Virus record (IMG/VR): IMGVR_UViG_3300030202_002165
Source of the DNA: an uncultured virus (IMG/VR IMGVR_UViG_3300030202_002165)
Taxonomy: Duplodnaviria; Heunggongvirae; Uroviricota; Caudoviricetes
Strand: one strand, 5' to 3'
DNA: 29,364 bases
Shown: one piece after another, positions 19,809-26,628 of the stretch
How the letters are laid out: the number at the start of each line of letters is the position of its first letter
How positions within the stretch are numbered: position 1 is the stretch's first letter
Notes under the pieces: generated by a model
Databases searched by the model: none
What the model was told of the DNA's origin: nothing
What the model saw: the letters and a program-made list of their open reading frames with translations, nothing else
Position numbers and translations under genes: made by a program

Positions 19809-20047
19809 AATGTTACTGTTCTATTAGTATCTTTATCAAAATGTGTTCCAACAGCAGCAATCATACCTAAGTTAACTAGCTCAGTCACTCTGCCTGTAAC
19901 TCTATTAATATCCCAGCCTAACTCTGTAGCTATCATTCTATTTGTAACTTTCTTTTTAGTTAGAATTACATCATATACTTGCTGTCTTTTCCCACTAATT
20001 GTAGGTTTTAACTGTTTAAGGGAGTCAACCTGTGTTTTTCTAATCAT
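19781..20047 (-). CDS. Winged-helix DNA-binding protein
   Basis: TNRMIATELGWDINRVTGRVTELVNLGMI followed by a beta wing. Confidence 0.75.
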   Translation of the reverse strand: MIRKTQVDSLKQLKPTISGKRQQVYDVILTKKKVTNRMIATELGWDINRVTGRVTELVNLGMIAAVGTHFDKDTNRTVTLWGLWEEII

Positions 20048-20068
20048 ATCTATTTAATTTAATTGTTA

Positions 20069-20134
20069 TACTCCGGGACGGACAAGTGTATTAACGGTTG
20101 TGGCAATAGCGCCTTTATGTCCGCCCCTTCGTAA
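20069..20134 (-). other. Intergenic RNA stem-loop after polA
   Basis: Minus GGGGCGGACA/UGUCCGUCCC, a 10-bp stem with a G-U pair and an inner GGC/GCC hairpin. Confidence 0.55.
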
Positions 20135-20137
20135 TAC

Positions 20138-22024
20138 TTATTTTTCCCAACATTTACTTACTGATACTTCAGCTTTTAGCAATCCATTTGTTACAATTTC
20201 ACGCGCAGCCATTTCCATTAATGTTTTCATTAGTTCTGACCACTGTTTTACATAACTATCTTTACATATTGTATCTATCTGGTCATGTACAGTCATTACT
20301 ATTTTAACTGGCAAATCATGTGCTTTTATACAACTACGTATAAGTATTAAAGCAGATTTAGTCATATCAGCACTAGCACCTTGGATAGGCGTATTTTTAC
20401 TAGCACGCTCTATACTACCAAGCTCCATAGTAGATGATTTATTATCCCAAATCTTTGGGTACCAATTAGTAAACCATCGACGCCTTCTATAAGGAGGAAA
20501 GGTAGTAATATAACCTCTCCTTTTACCAAAGTTTCCTAATTTATCTAAAAAGCCTTTAATTGATGGAAACGCTGTAAAGTATCTCTGAATCAAATCTTTA
20601 GCTTGATCTATGCTAATATTTAAAGTATCAGCAAGCTTATTAGGACCCATACCATATGCTAAACCAAAATTAATTGTTTTAACATTTGTTCTGAGCTTTT
20701 TGTGGGAAGGACAATTGCACTTTTCCTTTTTCTTAAGGTAGGCGCAATCGTCTTCTCCACTAGACAACCAGTCTTGTCCATATACTAATTCTGCACACGT
20801 AGAATGTAAATCTTGACCTTCTTCTAAAGCCTCCAACCACACTGGATCCTTAGATCCAAAGGCGATTACATTTAATTCTTGCGATGAGTAGTCTGCACTC
20901 ACATAACTCCATCCTTGTGGAGCAATAAAACAATTTCTGTATTTATTGTCTGCAGGAATTTGTTGCATATTAGGTTTACTACTGCTGACACGACCGGTAT
21001 CTAATATTTGATGAAAATTTGTATGTATTTTATTATCTGCAGATAGATTTTTAAAGAAAGCCTCACCATATGATGTACATAACTTCATAGCTTCTTTATA
21101 TTCTACATAAGTGTCAATGATAGGAAATTTATATCTATATTTATACATCTCTTTACCATTAACATTTTCTAAATTAGGTATAAGTGTTTGAAACACAGCT
21201 AACACCTGCTTAGGTGATGTCCATTTAACATTAACTTTTCTTAAATCATTAACAGATTTAAACATATCTGCCTGAATATATTTATAGACAAAATTTGTTA
21301 ATCTATGATCTTCTAGTAATGTATTGTCTAAATTTATTAATAAAGCATCAGCTTTAAGAGTATTGCTTTTTTCTATCTGTTTCCAAGACTCTGTATCTAA
21401 ATCTAATCCATTATATTCTATATCAGCAAATGCTAATACAACTTGATTTTCTAACTCTACTACTTTATTTAATTTATTAGCTTCAGTTTTAGGCAGTTGT
21501 ATCTCTCGTAATTTACATAAATACTCTACATCTTTAGCCCCATAAACTATCTGCGATTGTGTATATGGTGCACCATTTAAACCAATAAATTTATTTCTGA
21601 CTTCTTTATCTAAATCTTCGTTAAATTCTCTTTTAACTAAATCTTTTAATCCAAAGCCTATTTTTTTACCACAATTATTAATTAACTCAGTTAAAAATGT
21701 GTCATAAATACCTTCACATTCTATATTAGCCCATTTTTTAATGAATTTATAGTCAAATTTAGCATTGTGAAATATCTTTGTTATGTTAACATTTTCTAGA
21801 ACTGACCTTAATGGTTCTATGCTAACATGTCTGGTATCGATTACAAATTGAGCATCTTCATCACCTATTTGAAACATAATCATTTTCTTACAAGTAAAAT
21901 CAAAGCCTTCAGTCTCTGTATCAACACCTAATACTTTCTTAGTACTACAATATTCTACAACTTTATCTATTGTACACATAGTACAACACGGAAGTATTGG
22001 ATCAGGTCCTACAAAATATATCAT
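20138..22024 (-). CDS. polA: Family A DNA polymerase with 3'-5' exonuclease domain
   Basis: DTET (ExoI), HNAKFD (ExoII), YGAKD (ExoIII), TGRVSS, ADYSSQE (A), KTINFGLAYG (B), NTPIQG, VHDQ (C). Confidence 0.95.
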   Translation of the reverse strand: MIYFVGPDPILPCCTMCTIDKVVEYCSTKKVLGVDTETEGFDFTCKKMIMFQIGDEDAQFVIDTRHVSIEPLRSVLENVNITKIFHNAKFDYKFIKKWANIECEGIYDTFLTELINNCGKKIGFGLKDLVKREFNEDLDKEVRNKFIGLNGAPYTQSQIVYGAKDVEYLCKLREIQLPKTEANKLNKVVELENQVVLAFADIEYNGLDLDTESWKQIEKSNTLKADALLINLDNTLLEDHRLTNFVYKYIQADMFKSVNDLRKVNVKWTSPKQVLAVFQTLIPNLENVNGKEMYKYRYKFPIIDTYVEYKEAMKLCTSYGEAFFKNLSADNKIHTNFHQILDTGRVSSSKPNMQQIPADNKYRNCFIAPQGWSYVSADYSSQELNVIAFGSKDPVWLEALEEGQDLHSTCAELVYGQDWLSSGEDDCAYLKKKEKCNCPSHKKLRTNVKTINFGLAYGMGPNKLADTLNISIDQAKDLIQRYFTAFPSIKGFLDKLGNFGKRRGYITTFPPYRRRRWFTNWYPKIWDNKSSTMELGSIERASKNTPIQGASADMTKSALILIRSCIKAHDLPVKIVMTVHDQIDTICKDSYVKQWSELMKTLMEMAAREIVTNGLLKAEVSVSKCWEK

Positions 22025-22044
22025 AATTTAATAATTTAAACAAA

Positions 22045-22088
22045 TATAAAGAAATTAAGTATATTGCTATACTTAAAATCTTTATATT
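22045..22088. other. Long AT-rich inverted repeat upstream of polA
   Basis: ATATAAAGA-AA-TTAAGTATA TTGC TATACTTAA-AA-TCTTTATAT; overlaps a minus-strand TATATTTG at 22041-22048. Confidence 0.55.
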
Positions 22089-22116
22089 CTCACTTAATTA
22101 ATCTAGTTCTCGACAA

Positions 22117-22752
22117 CTAGTCCTCTGTTTCTACTGTATCTAACATGCTAACTTCTTCAAAATCTAAAACTTCTTCTTGTAAAGAGTTTACTTTTCTTGG
22201 ATCAGCCTTAAGAAGTGTATGTTCAACTACATCCGCTTCATCATTAGGATCAATTCCTACAATTGCTGTATTTCTAAATATTAATTGCCCTTCATGTAAA
22301 ATATGACTTCCACCTTGACCATAAGTCTTAGCAGCTTTGTCAGAATTAGCGGCTTGCCAATCATTTGGCTCCACAGTTTCAGTTATTTCCATTTTATACA
22401 CGTCTCCAGTTTCAACATCTACTGGATTAAGTACATTTAAATCCATAACTTCTTGGTCTTCTTTAACTGTATCTATATACCAAGACTCATTGTCGTCTCC
22501 TAAATCAAGACCTAATGCATCTAATGTATCTTGTACAGTACCTGAAAACCATGCTCTTTGCGCACCTGAACTAAATGCAGGATCACTAGCATTAAATCTA
22601 GTAATTGCACTTCTTCCACCTGTGCCTTGCTTGAACTTCTCAGCCCATTCTAATTGAATTTTACCATTTTTTACTTTTCTTGCTCTTAATAGCAAGGTTT
22701 GTCCTGTTTTTAGAGTGTCTAAATTACCAGAACCTATCACATTTTTACTCAT
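22117..22752 (-). CDS. Hypothetical acidic protein (211 aa)
   Basis: Long ORF with the AACCAATTAAA motif upstream; very acidic C-terminus. Confidence 0.75.
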   Translation of the reverse strand: MSKNVIGSGNLDTLKTGQTLLLRARKVKNGKIQLEWAEKFKQGTGGRSAITRFNASDPAFSSGAQRAWFSGTVQDTLDALGLDLGDDNESWYIDTVKEDQEVMDLNVLNPVDVETGDVYKMEITETVEPNDWQAANSDKAAKTYGQGGSHILHEGQLIFRNTAIVGIDPNDEADVVEHTLLKADPRKVNSLQEEVLDFEEVSMLDTVETED

Positions 22753-22776
22753 ATCGTTTAATTGGTTTTAATGAGA

Positions 22777-22971
22777 TTAATGAACAGTTTCGTAGGATTC
22801 ACTGTCAACCTTTTTTAATTTTTTATTAACTATACCTATTACAAGTTCCATCCATTGTAATTTATAGCCACTTTGTCTACTTTTTAGATTATTACAAATA
22901 TTTGCAATTCTCTTTAATCTATCTCTATTTTTTCCTAAAGATATAATCTTACCTTTCAATTTAATTTTCAT
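22777..22971 (-). CDS. Small basic hypothetical protein
   Basis: Fills the operon gap with correct strand and spacing. Confidence 0.55.
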   Translation of the reverse strand: MKIKLKGKIISLGKNRDRLKRIANICNNLKSRQSGYKLQWMELVIGIVNKKLKKVDSESYETVH

Positions 22972-22976
22972 GTCTT

Positions 22977-23357
22977 TTAATATTTATGTGTTAATTCATC
23001 GTTAGGTAATACTTGTTTAATAGTTTTTATCCTTACAATTCGTTCATAGTTTGTATCTTGTTCTATAATACAATTAGGATTCTCATCATTATTTAATACA
23101 CATGCTATACCTAAAGGCATAACCTCATCCCAATCAGTTTTATTTATCCACTGACCAAAGAACTTATAATGTATTAATGCATGATTTGTGTGTGGTAACC
23201 TATCTTCAGCTACCACACACTCTTCAATGATTGTATCTTTTGGAATCTTATTTATAGCAAATACACCATAACCTCTTCCTTGAGATGCTCTAATTTCAAT
23301 ATCATTGCTTCTTATTAATGTTGATTTATATAAATCATTACCAATTTTCTTTATCAT
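22977..23357 (-). CDS. Second SET-domain protein (vSET-like, variant NHS motif)
   Basis: SQGRGYGVFA, IIEEC, PLGIACVLNNDENPNC, VLPNDELTHKY. Confidence 0.8.
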   Translation of the reverse strand: MIKKIGNDLYKSTLIRSNDIEIRASQGRGYGVFAINKIPKDTIIEECVVAEDRLPHTNHALIHYKFFGQWINKTDWDEVMPLGIACVLNNDENPNCIIEQDTNYERIVRIKTIKQVLPNDELTHKY

Positions 23358-23634
23358 CTTTTTTAATATGTTTATTTAAATCTATTTCTAAAGTTTTATA
23401 TTTTTCATCAAATTTATCTTGTAGTTTATCTCTTTCTATTTGTACAGGAGTTAAAAAGTTTCCATATTTTTTCCTCTCTCTTGATACCCACATACCTAAA
23501 TTCTCTTGCGTTTGTTCTACTTTACCGCTGTTTCTAAAATAATTACTAAAACTTCTCACATTTCTATCATGCCTTTCTTTTAATTCTTTCTTTAATTTAA
23601 GCTCTTCAATCATATGTTTAGTTTCATTTGTCAT
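23338..23634 (-). CDS. Hypothetical protein (98 aa)
   Basis: Overlaps the SET gene start; AT-rich leader. Confidence 0.65.
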   Translation of the reverse strand: MTNETKHMIEELKLKKELKERHDRNVRSFSNYFRNSGKVEQTQENLGMWVSRERKKYGNFLTPVQIERDKLQDKFDEKYKTLEIDLNKHIKKDDKENW

Positions 23635-23658
23635 AATACTTATTTTAATTAATACTAT

Positions 23659-23799
23659 TTATTCATACCACACTCCATATATTTTCACATTATCTTTAGT
23701 AGTGCACATCAATATTTTCTTCTTAATTTTTGGCCCTTCTCTTTTTTCCTTTGGCCAATACTTTGGATTTTTGCTTCCCAGCTTTCTCTTTTTTGTCAT
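23659..23799 (-). CDS. Small basic protein (46 aa), not in the ORF track
   Basis: MTKKRKLGSKNPKYWPKEKREGPKIKKKILMCTTKDNVKIYGVWYE*; fills the gap before 23634 and overlaps the upstream ORF by 77 nt. Confidence 0.45.
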   Translation of the reverse strand: MTKKRKLGSKNPKYWPKEKREGPKIKKKILMCTTKDNVKIYGVWYE

Positions 23800-23926
23800 A
23801 CTCTTCTATATTTTTAATGATTCTATTCTTATTATTTGAGATGTATACCTCTATTTTATCTAATATTTTCATTATTATTAAAAATATTATAATACTTAAT
23901 ACTACTAGTTTTACTATTTCATACAT
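23723..23926 (-). CDS. Small membrane-anchored protein
   Basis: N-terminal hydrophobic LVVLSIIIFLIIM with a basic tail. Confidence 0.55.
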   Translation of the reverse strand: MYEIVKLVVLSIIIFLIIMKILDKIEVYISNNKNRIIKNIEEYDKKEKAGKQKSKVLAKGKKRRAKN

Positions 23927-23944
23927 ATCTTTATTTATGTTAAG

Positions 23945-24199
23945 TTAATATTCAGGTTGTCCATAAACTCTTTCTTCTAACTCATTAATACTATTACCCA
24001 ATCTTTTTATCGTATCTTTAAGATTAGTATTTTCTTCTAATAATTTAATCAGTTTAGATTGAGTATTTGTAATTTGAACTTGTGCTTGAATTAAATAATA
24101 TACATCTACCAAGTTAATACCTTCTGCTTCATAGATTAGCATTTCATTCTCTTTACGTAGATATGTTGTTTTTAATTTAATTGTTGATTTATCTTTCAT
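23945..24199 (-). CDS. Hypothetical coiled-coil protein
   Basis: Preceded by a variant AACCACTTAAA motif. Confidence 0.6.
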   Translation of the reverse strand: MKDKSTIKLKTTYLRKENEMLIYEAEGINLVDVYYLIQAQVQITNTQSKLIKLLEENTNLKDTIKRLGNSINELEERVYGQPEY

Positions 24200-24230
24200 C
24201 TCTTTATTTATTTAAGTGGTTAATAATGTT

Positions 24231-24266
24231 AATAGAATGGATAAGAATATTCCTACCCATCCTATT
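24231..24266 (-). other. Intergenic RNA hairpin
   Basis: Minus AAUAGGAUGGGUAGGA/UCUUAUCCAUUCUAUU is fully paired with three G-U pairs, which are mismatches on plus. Confidence 0.65.
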
Positions 24267-24303
24267 GTTAACATTTGCATTGCATTTTTATATCTATCAG
24301 GGC

Positions 24304-24534
24304 TCATTTCTTGTCTTTTTTATAATATTCTATCATTAAAGAGTCATGTTTAGAAGTATATTCATTCCAAAGCTTTGTTGCTTCGTAATCAATTGTACGT
24401 CTACGTTGTTGCTCTTCAGCTGATAAATTATTGGTTAAACCACAAGAAGATAAAGCCATAATTACAGCAAATAATAAAATTAGGCCTATAATTACACCTA
24501 ATTTATTTACTATTGTTTCGAACTTGTTATTCAT
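24304..24534 (-). CDS. Putative lipoprotein
   Basis: Hydrophobic LGVIIGLILLFAVIMA followed by lipobox LSS-C. Confidence 0.7.
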   Translation of the reverse strand: MNNKFETIVNKLGVIIGLILLFAVIMALSSCGLTNNLSAEEQQRRRTIDYEATKLWNEYTSKHDSLMIEYYKKDKK

Positions 24535-24568
24535 AATTTAATTAATTTAAGTTAGTTTAATTGTAATA

Positions 24569-24671
24569 AAACTACATAAACAGAGGAAGTGTAATCGTTC
24601 ACAAAGTATAACCGCTGAGTTATATTTGGCAGTATTGCCATTAAATTACTAACCTCTGTTTATTGTAGTTT
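24569..24671 (-). ncRNA. Candidate structured RNA element (multibranch)
   Basis: 18-bp closing stem AAACTACA(A)TAAACAGAGG/CCTCTGTTTATGTAGTTT encloses GTAAT/ATTAC and two hairpins (TGGCA/TGCCA, TATAAC/GTTATA). Strand is inferred from operon context. Confidence 0.45.
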
Positions 24672-24840
24672 ATTTATTTCATCTCCAGTTCTCTATTACC
24701 GAGTGTAGTGCCTGGAGTTAGACCACATTTATCTACTTTGTATCTAACCACTTTGCGCGATTAGTTTAGTATAAGTTAGAGAGTTTATTCTACCGTCTAC
24801 GTTAGCCTAAAGCTTATTAATAGATCATTTATCAATAGAA

Positions 24841-24903
24841 TTACTCTCTTATCTGTCTTATCAACCATAATACTATGGCAGTAAATATTACCCAGCCAAT
24901 CAT
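24841..24903 (-). CDS. 20-aa single-TM peptide, not in the ORF track
   Basis: MIGWVIFTAIVLWLIRQIRE*; ATGA-coupled to the stop of 24900..25211. Confidence 0.55.
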   Translation of the reverse strand: MIGWVIFTAIVLWLIRQIRE

Positions 24904-25211
24904 TTTCCAACTACTTTATTACCATTTACATCTATTATTTCTTGAACTAGTTGTTCATTTCGAACATCAAGTTGTTGTTGTAAACTTTTATTCTTTTCTT
25001 TTAAAATGATAAGCTCTGTTGTTAATTTGTCAACAATTTGAAGTGTTTTAGTTAACTCCAAGTTCTTAGTTCTTATTCTTTGATCATACTCAATATTGTT
25101 ATTCATTTCTTTATCTTTTTTTTGATTATTATCCAGTATATCAGCCAATATTAAGTCTCCAATGGCTTCTAGTTCTAGTCGAATGTAATAGTCCATAGTG
25201 TTATAATTCAT
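24900..25211 (-). CDS. Hypothetical coiled-coil protein
   Basis: AT-rich leader; heptad-rich C-terminal half. Confidence 0.6.
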   Translation of the reverse strand: MNYNTMDYYIRLELEAIGDLILADILDNNQKKDKEMNNNIEYDQRIRTKNLELTKTLQIVDKLTTELIILKEKNKSLQQQLDVRNEQLVQEIIDVNGNKVVGK

Positions 25212-25245
25212 TCTTTATTTATTTAGTTAATGTTTAGGTTAATAA

Positions 25246-25314
25246 AAATGACTTGGTTTAGCCTTTCCTACTTACCTCAACGAAGGGCAAACCCGGCGCT
25301 TAACCAAATCATTT
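25246..25314 (-). other. Intergenic long stem with large loop
   Basis: Minus AAAUGAUUUGGUU/AACCAAGUCAUUU, 13 bp with one U-G, enclosing a GC-rich loop. Confidence 0.55.
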
Positions 25315-25453
25315 AGCTATAGCGTCCATATCCATCCATTCCTTGACCATCTTCAAAGGCATGGTTAGCATACTTTACTATTAATTCTCTTAACTTTGCT
25401 CTTATGATACTGTTGTGTATCCACTTGTTGAGCATTTCGTCTATTTCTTTCAT
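25313..25453 (-). CDS. Small protein (46 aa), not in the ORF track
   Basis: MKEIDEMLNKWIHNSIIRAKLRELIVKYANHAFEDGQGMDGYGRYS*; starts 1 nt after the previous stop. Confidence 0.6.
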   Translation of the reverse strand: MKEIDEMLNKWIHNSIIRAKLRELIVKYANHAFEDGQGMDGYGRYS

Positions 25454-25454
25454 A

Positions 25455-25697
25455 TTAAATTGTATATCTTTTATCTTCATTAATACGTCTGATTAACATT
25501 TTCTCTAGTAGTTCAAATGATCCACTATTTTGTGGTAACATTTTAATACTGTTAATCATCTCACTTTTTATATCTTGTAGGTTTTTATCTTCATTTATAT
25601 ATTCAATTAACATTTCTTTTATTAATTTAAATGCTTCATAAGTGTGAGACAACATTTTAATAGTGTTAATCATGTTTTGTCTTGCTCTACTTTCCAT
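25455..25697 (-). CDS. Small protein made of two tandem ~38-aa repeats
   Basis: MINTIKML...F.L...MLI..INEDK occurs twice. Confidence 0.65.
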   Translation of the reverse strand: MESRARQNMINTIKMLSHTYEAFKLIKEMLIEYINEDKNLQDIKSEMINSIKMLPQNSGSFELLEKMLIRRINEDKRYTI

Positions 25698-25861
25698 AGT
25701 TGTGTTATATAGTTTAATTATACGATTAGTTAGATGATCACAATATGCTTAAAATGCTGCGAATGTGACGTGACATGCACAATCACAAACGCAACAAGTT
25801 CACTTGATTAATTACTAATCAAACAACACTAAGCTGATATATGTGGTCAGGTTGTGTATAA

Positions 25862-25892
25862 ATGCACACCACTCACGAAGAGTGATGCGCAT
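25862..25892 (-). terminator. Stable hairpin directly after the 25898 stop
   Basis: Minus AUGCGCAUCACUC-UUCGU-GAGUGGUGUGCAU, 13 bp with two G-U pairs; short U tail. Confidence 0.6.
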
Positions 25893-25897
25893 TATTA

Positions 25898-26335
25898 TTA
25901 AATCTGCTCTTTCATTTCAAGGAGCTGAGGGCGATTAGCAATGTAGCTTGCAGCGTCAGCCACTGTGTTGAGCTTGTTCATCAAGGTGAAGAACAATCTA
26001 GTTTCACCTTTGTCAGTTACAAAGTGATTGCATTTAACTCTGATGACAGCCCAGTCAATCTCAGGCGTGACATGCTTGAATTGGCCAACAACCTCGTTGT
26101 CGTAATAGACTTTGAAGTTGAAGCGCTTGTCATAGACTGGAGCACCATCAGCATCAAAGACAGGTTTACCATCTTTGAAGATGCGGATTGGCTGGCCAAT
26201 ATCGCTGAAGTCGTCAAACTTTGAAAGAGTGAGGAGCTGTCCATCAGTTAGTACTTGCTCGATTGGGAGCGTTAGTTCTGTTGCAGGCTGAGCGTCGAGT
26301 TGCTCATCTACTTTGGTTTTGGCTGTGTTTGCCAT
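25898..26335 (-). CDS. First gene of the minus-strand block, hypothetical (GC-elevated)
   Basis: 145-aa ORF with an AT-rich leader and a 3' hairpin; about 46% GC by hand count. Confidence 0.75.
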   Translation of the reverse strand: MANTAKTKVDEQLDAQPATELTLPIEQVLTDGQLLTLSKFDDFSDIGQPIRIFKDGKPVFDADGAPVYDKRFNFKVYYDNEVVGQFKHVTPEIDWAVIRVKCNHFVTDKGETRLFFTLMNKLNTVADAASYIANRPQLLEMKEQI

Positions 26336-26365
26336 AGTGTAAAATGTTTAAAATTAATAAATAAG

Positions 26366-26474
26366 TGAACGAATTGCACCCCGGGGGTGTTCAATCCGTA
26401 GAAAGTAGGTAGGGTGGTTTCACAAATACCCCCACACGTTCACAAATCTCCCTCAAAAAAATTTTTTTTATTTG
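26366..26474. repeat. Strand-switch element: GC palindrome, direct repeats and A/T tract
   Basis: CACCCC-G-GGGGTG (26377-26389), TTCACAAAT at 26419 and 26439, then an A run abutting a T run at ~26455-26469. Confidence 0.6.
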
Positions 26475-26528
26475 AAAATTTAACATTACCTTAACACTGC
26501 CTAGAGAAAAGAAAGTTAAGTTTGTAAT

Positions 26529-26600
26529 ATGAAAACAATAGATTTATCACCGGTAATATATATTTTTTTAATGATTTCTATATTTTTAATTGCATTGTAA
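26529..26600 (+). CDS. 23-aa hydrophobic peptide, not in the ORF track
   Basis: MKTIDLSPVIYIFLMISIFLIAL*; TAAGTTTG (TAnnTTTG) lies 4 nt upstream. Confidence 0.35.
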   Translation: MKTIDLSPVIYIFLMISIFLIAL

Positions 26601-26619
26601 AATATTTTTACTACTTTTG
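26590..26619 (+). promoter_or_regulatory. Bacteroidota-type sigma70 promoter
   Basis: TTG at 26590-26592 and TACTTTTG (TAnnTTTG) at 26612-26619, 19 nt apart. Confidence 0.6.
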
Positions 26620-26628
26620 TCCCGCAAT

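Noticed and set aside
20138..22024. Intein or intron in polA or dnaB
   Set aside because: Motif spacing is compact and there are no splice-junction motifs; only the short Cys-rich insert is present.
4884..23948. Short + strand ORFs in the track (e.g. 5355, 7944, 9902, 10212, 13011, 16635, 18153, 22337)
   Set aside because: They overlap or are antisense to motif-supported genes and have no recognisable features.
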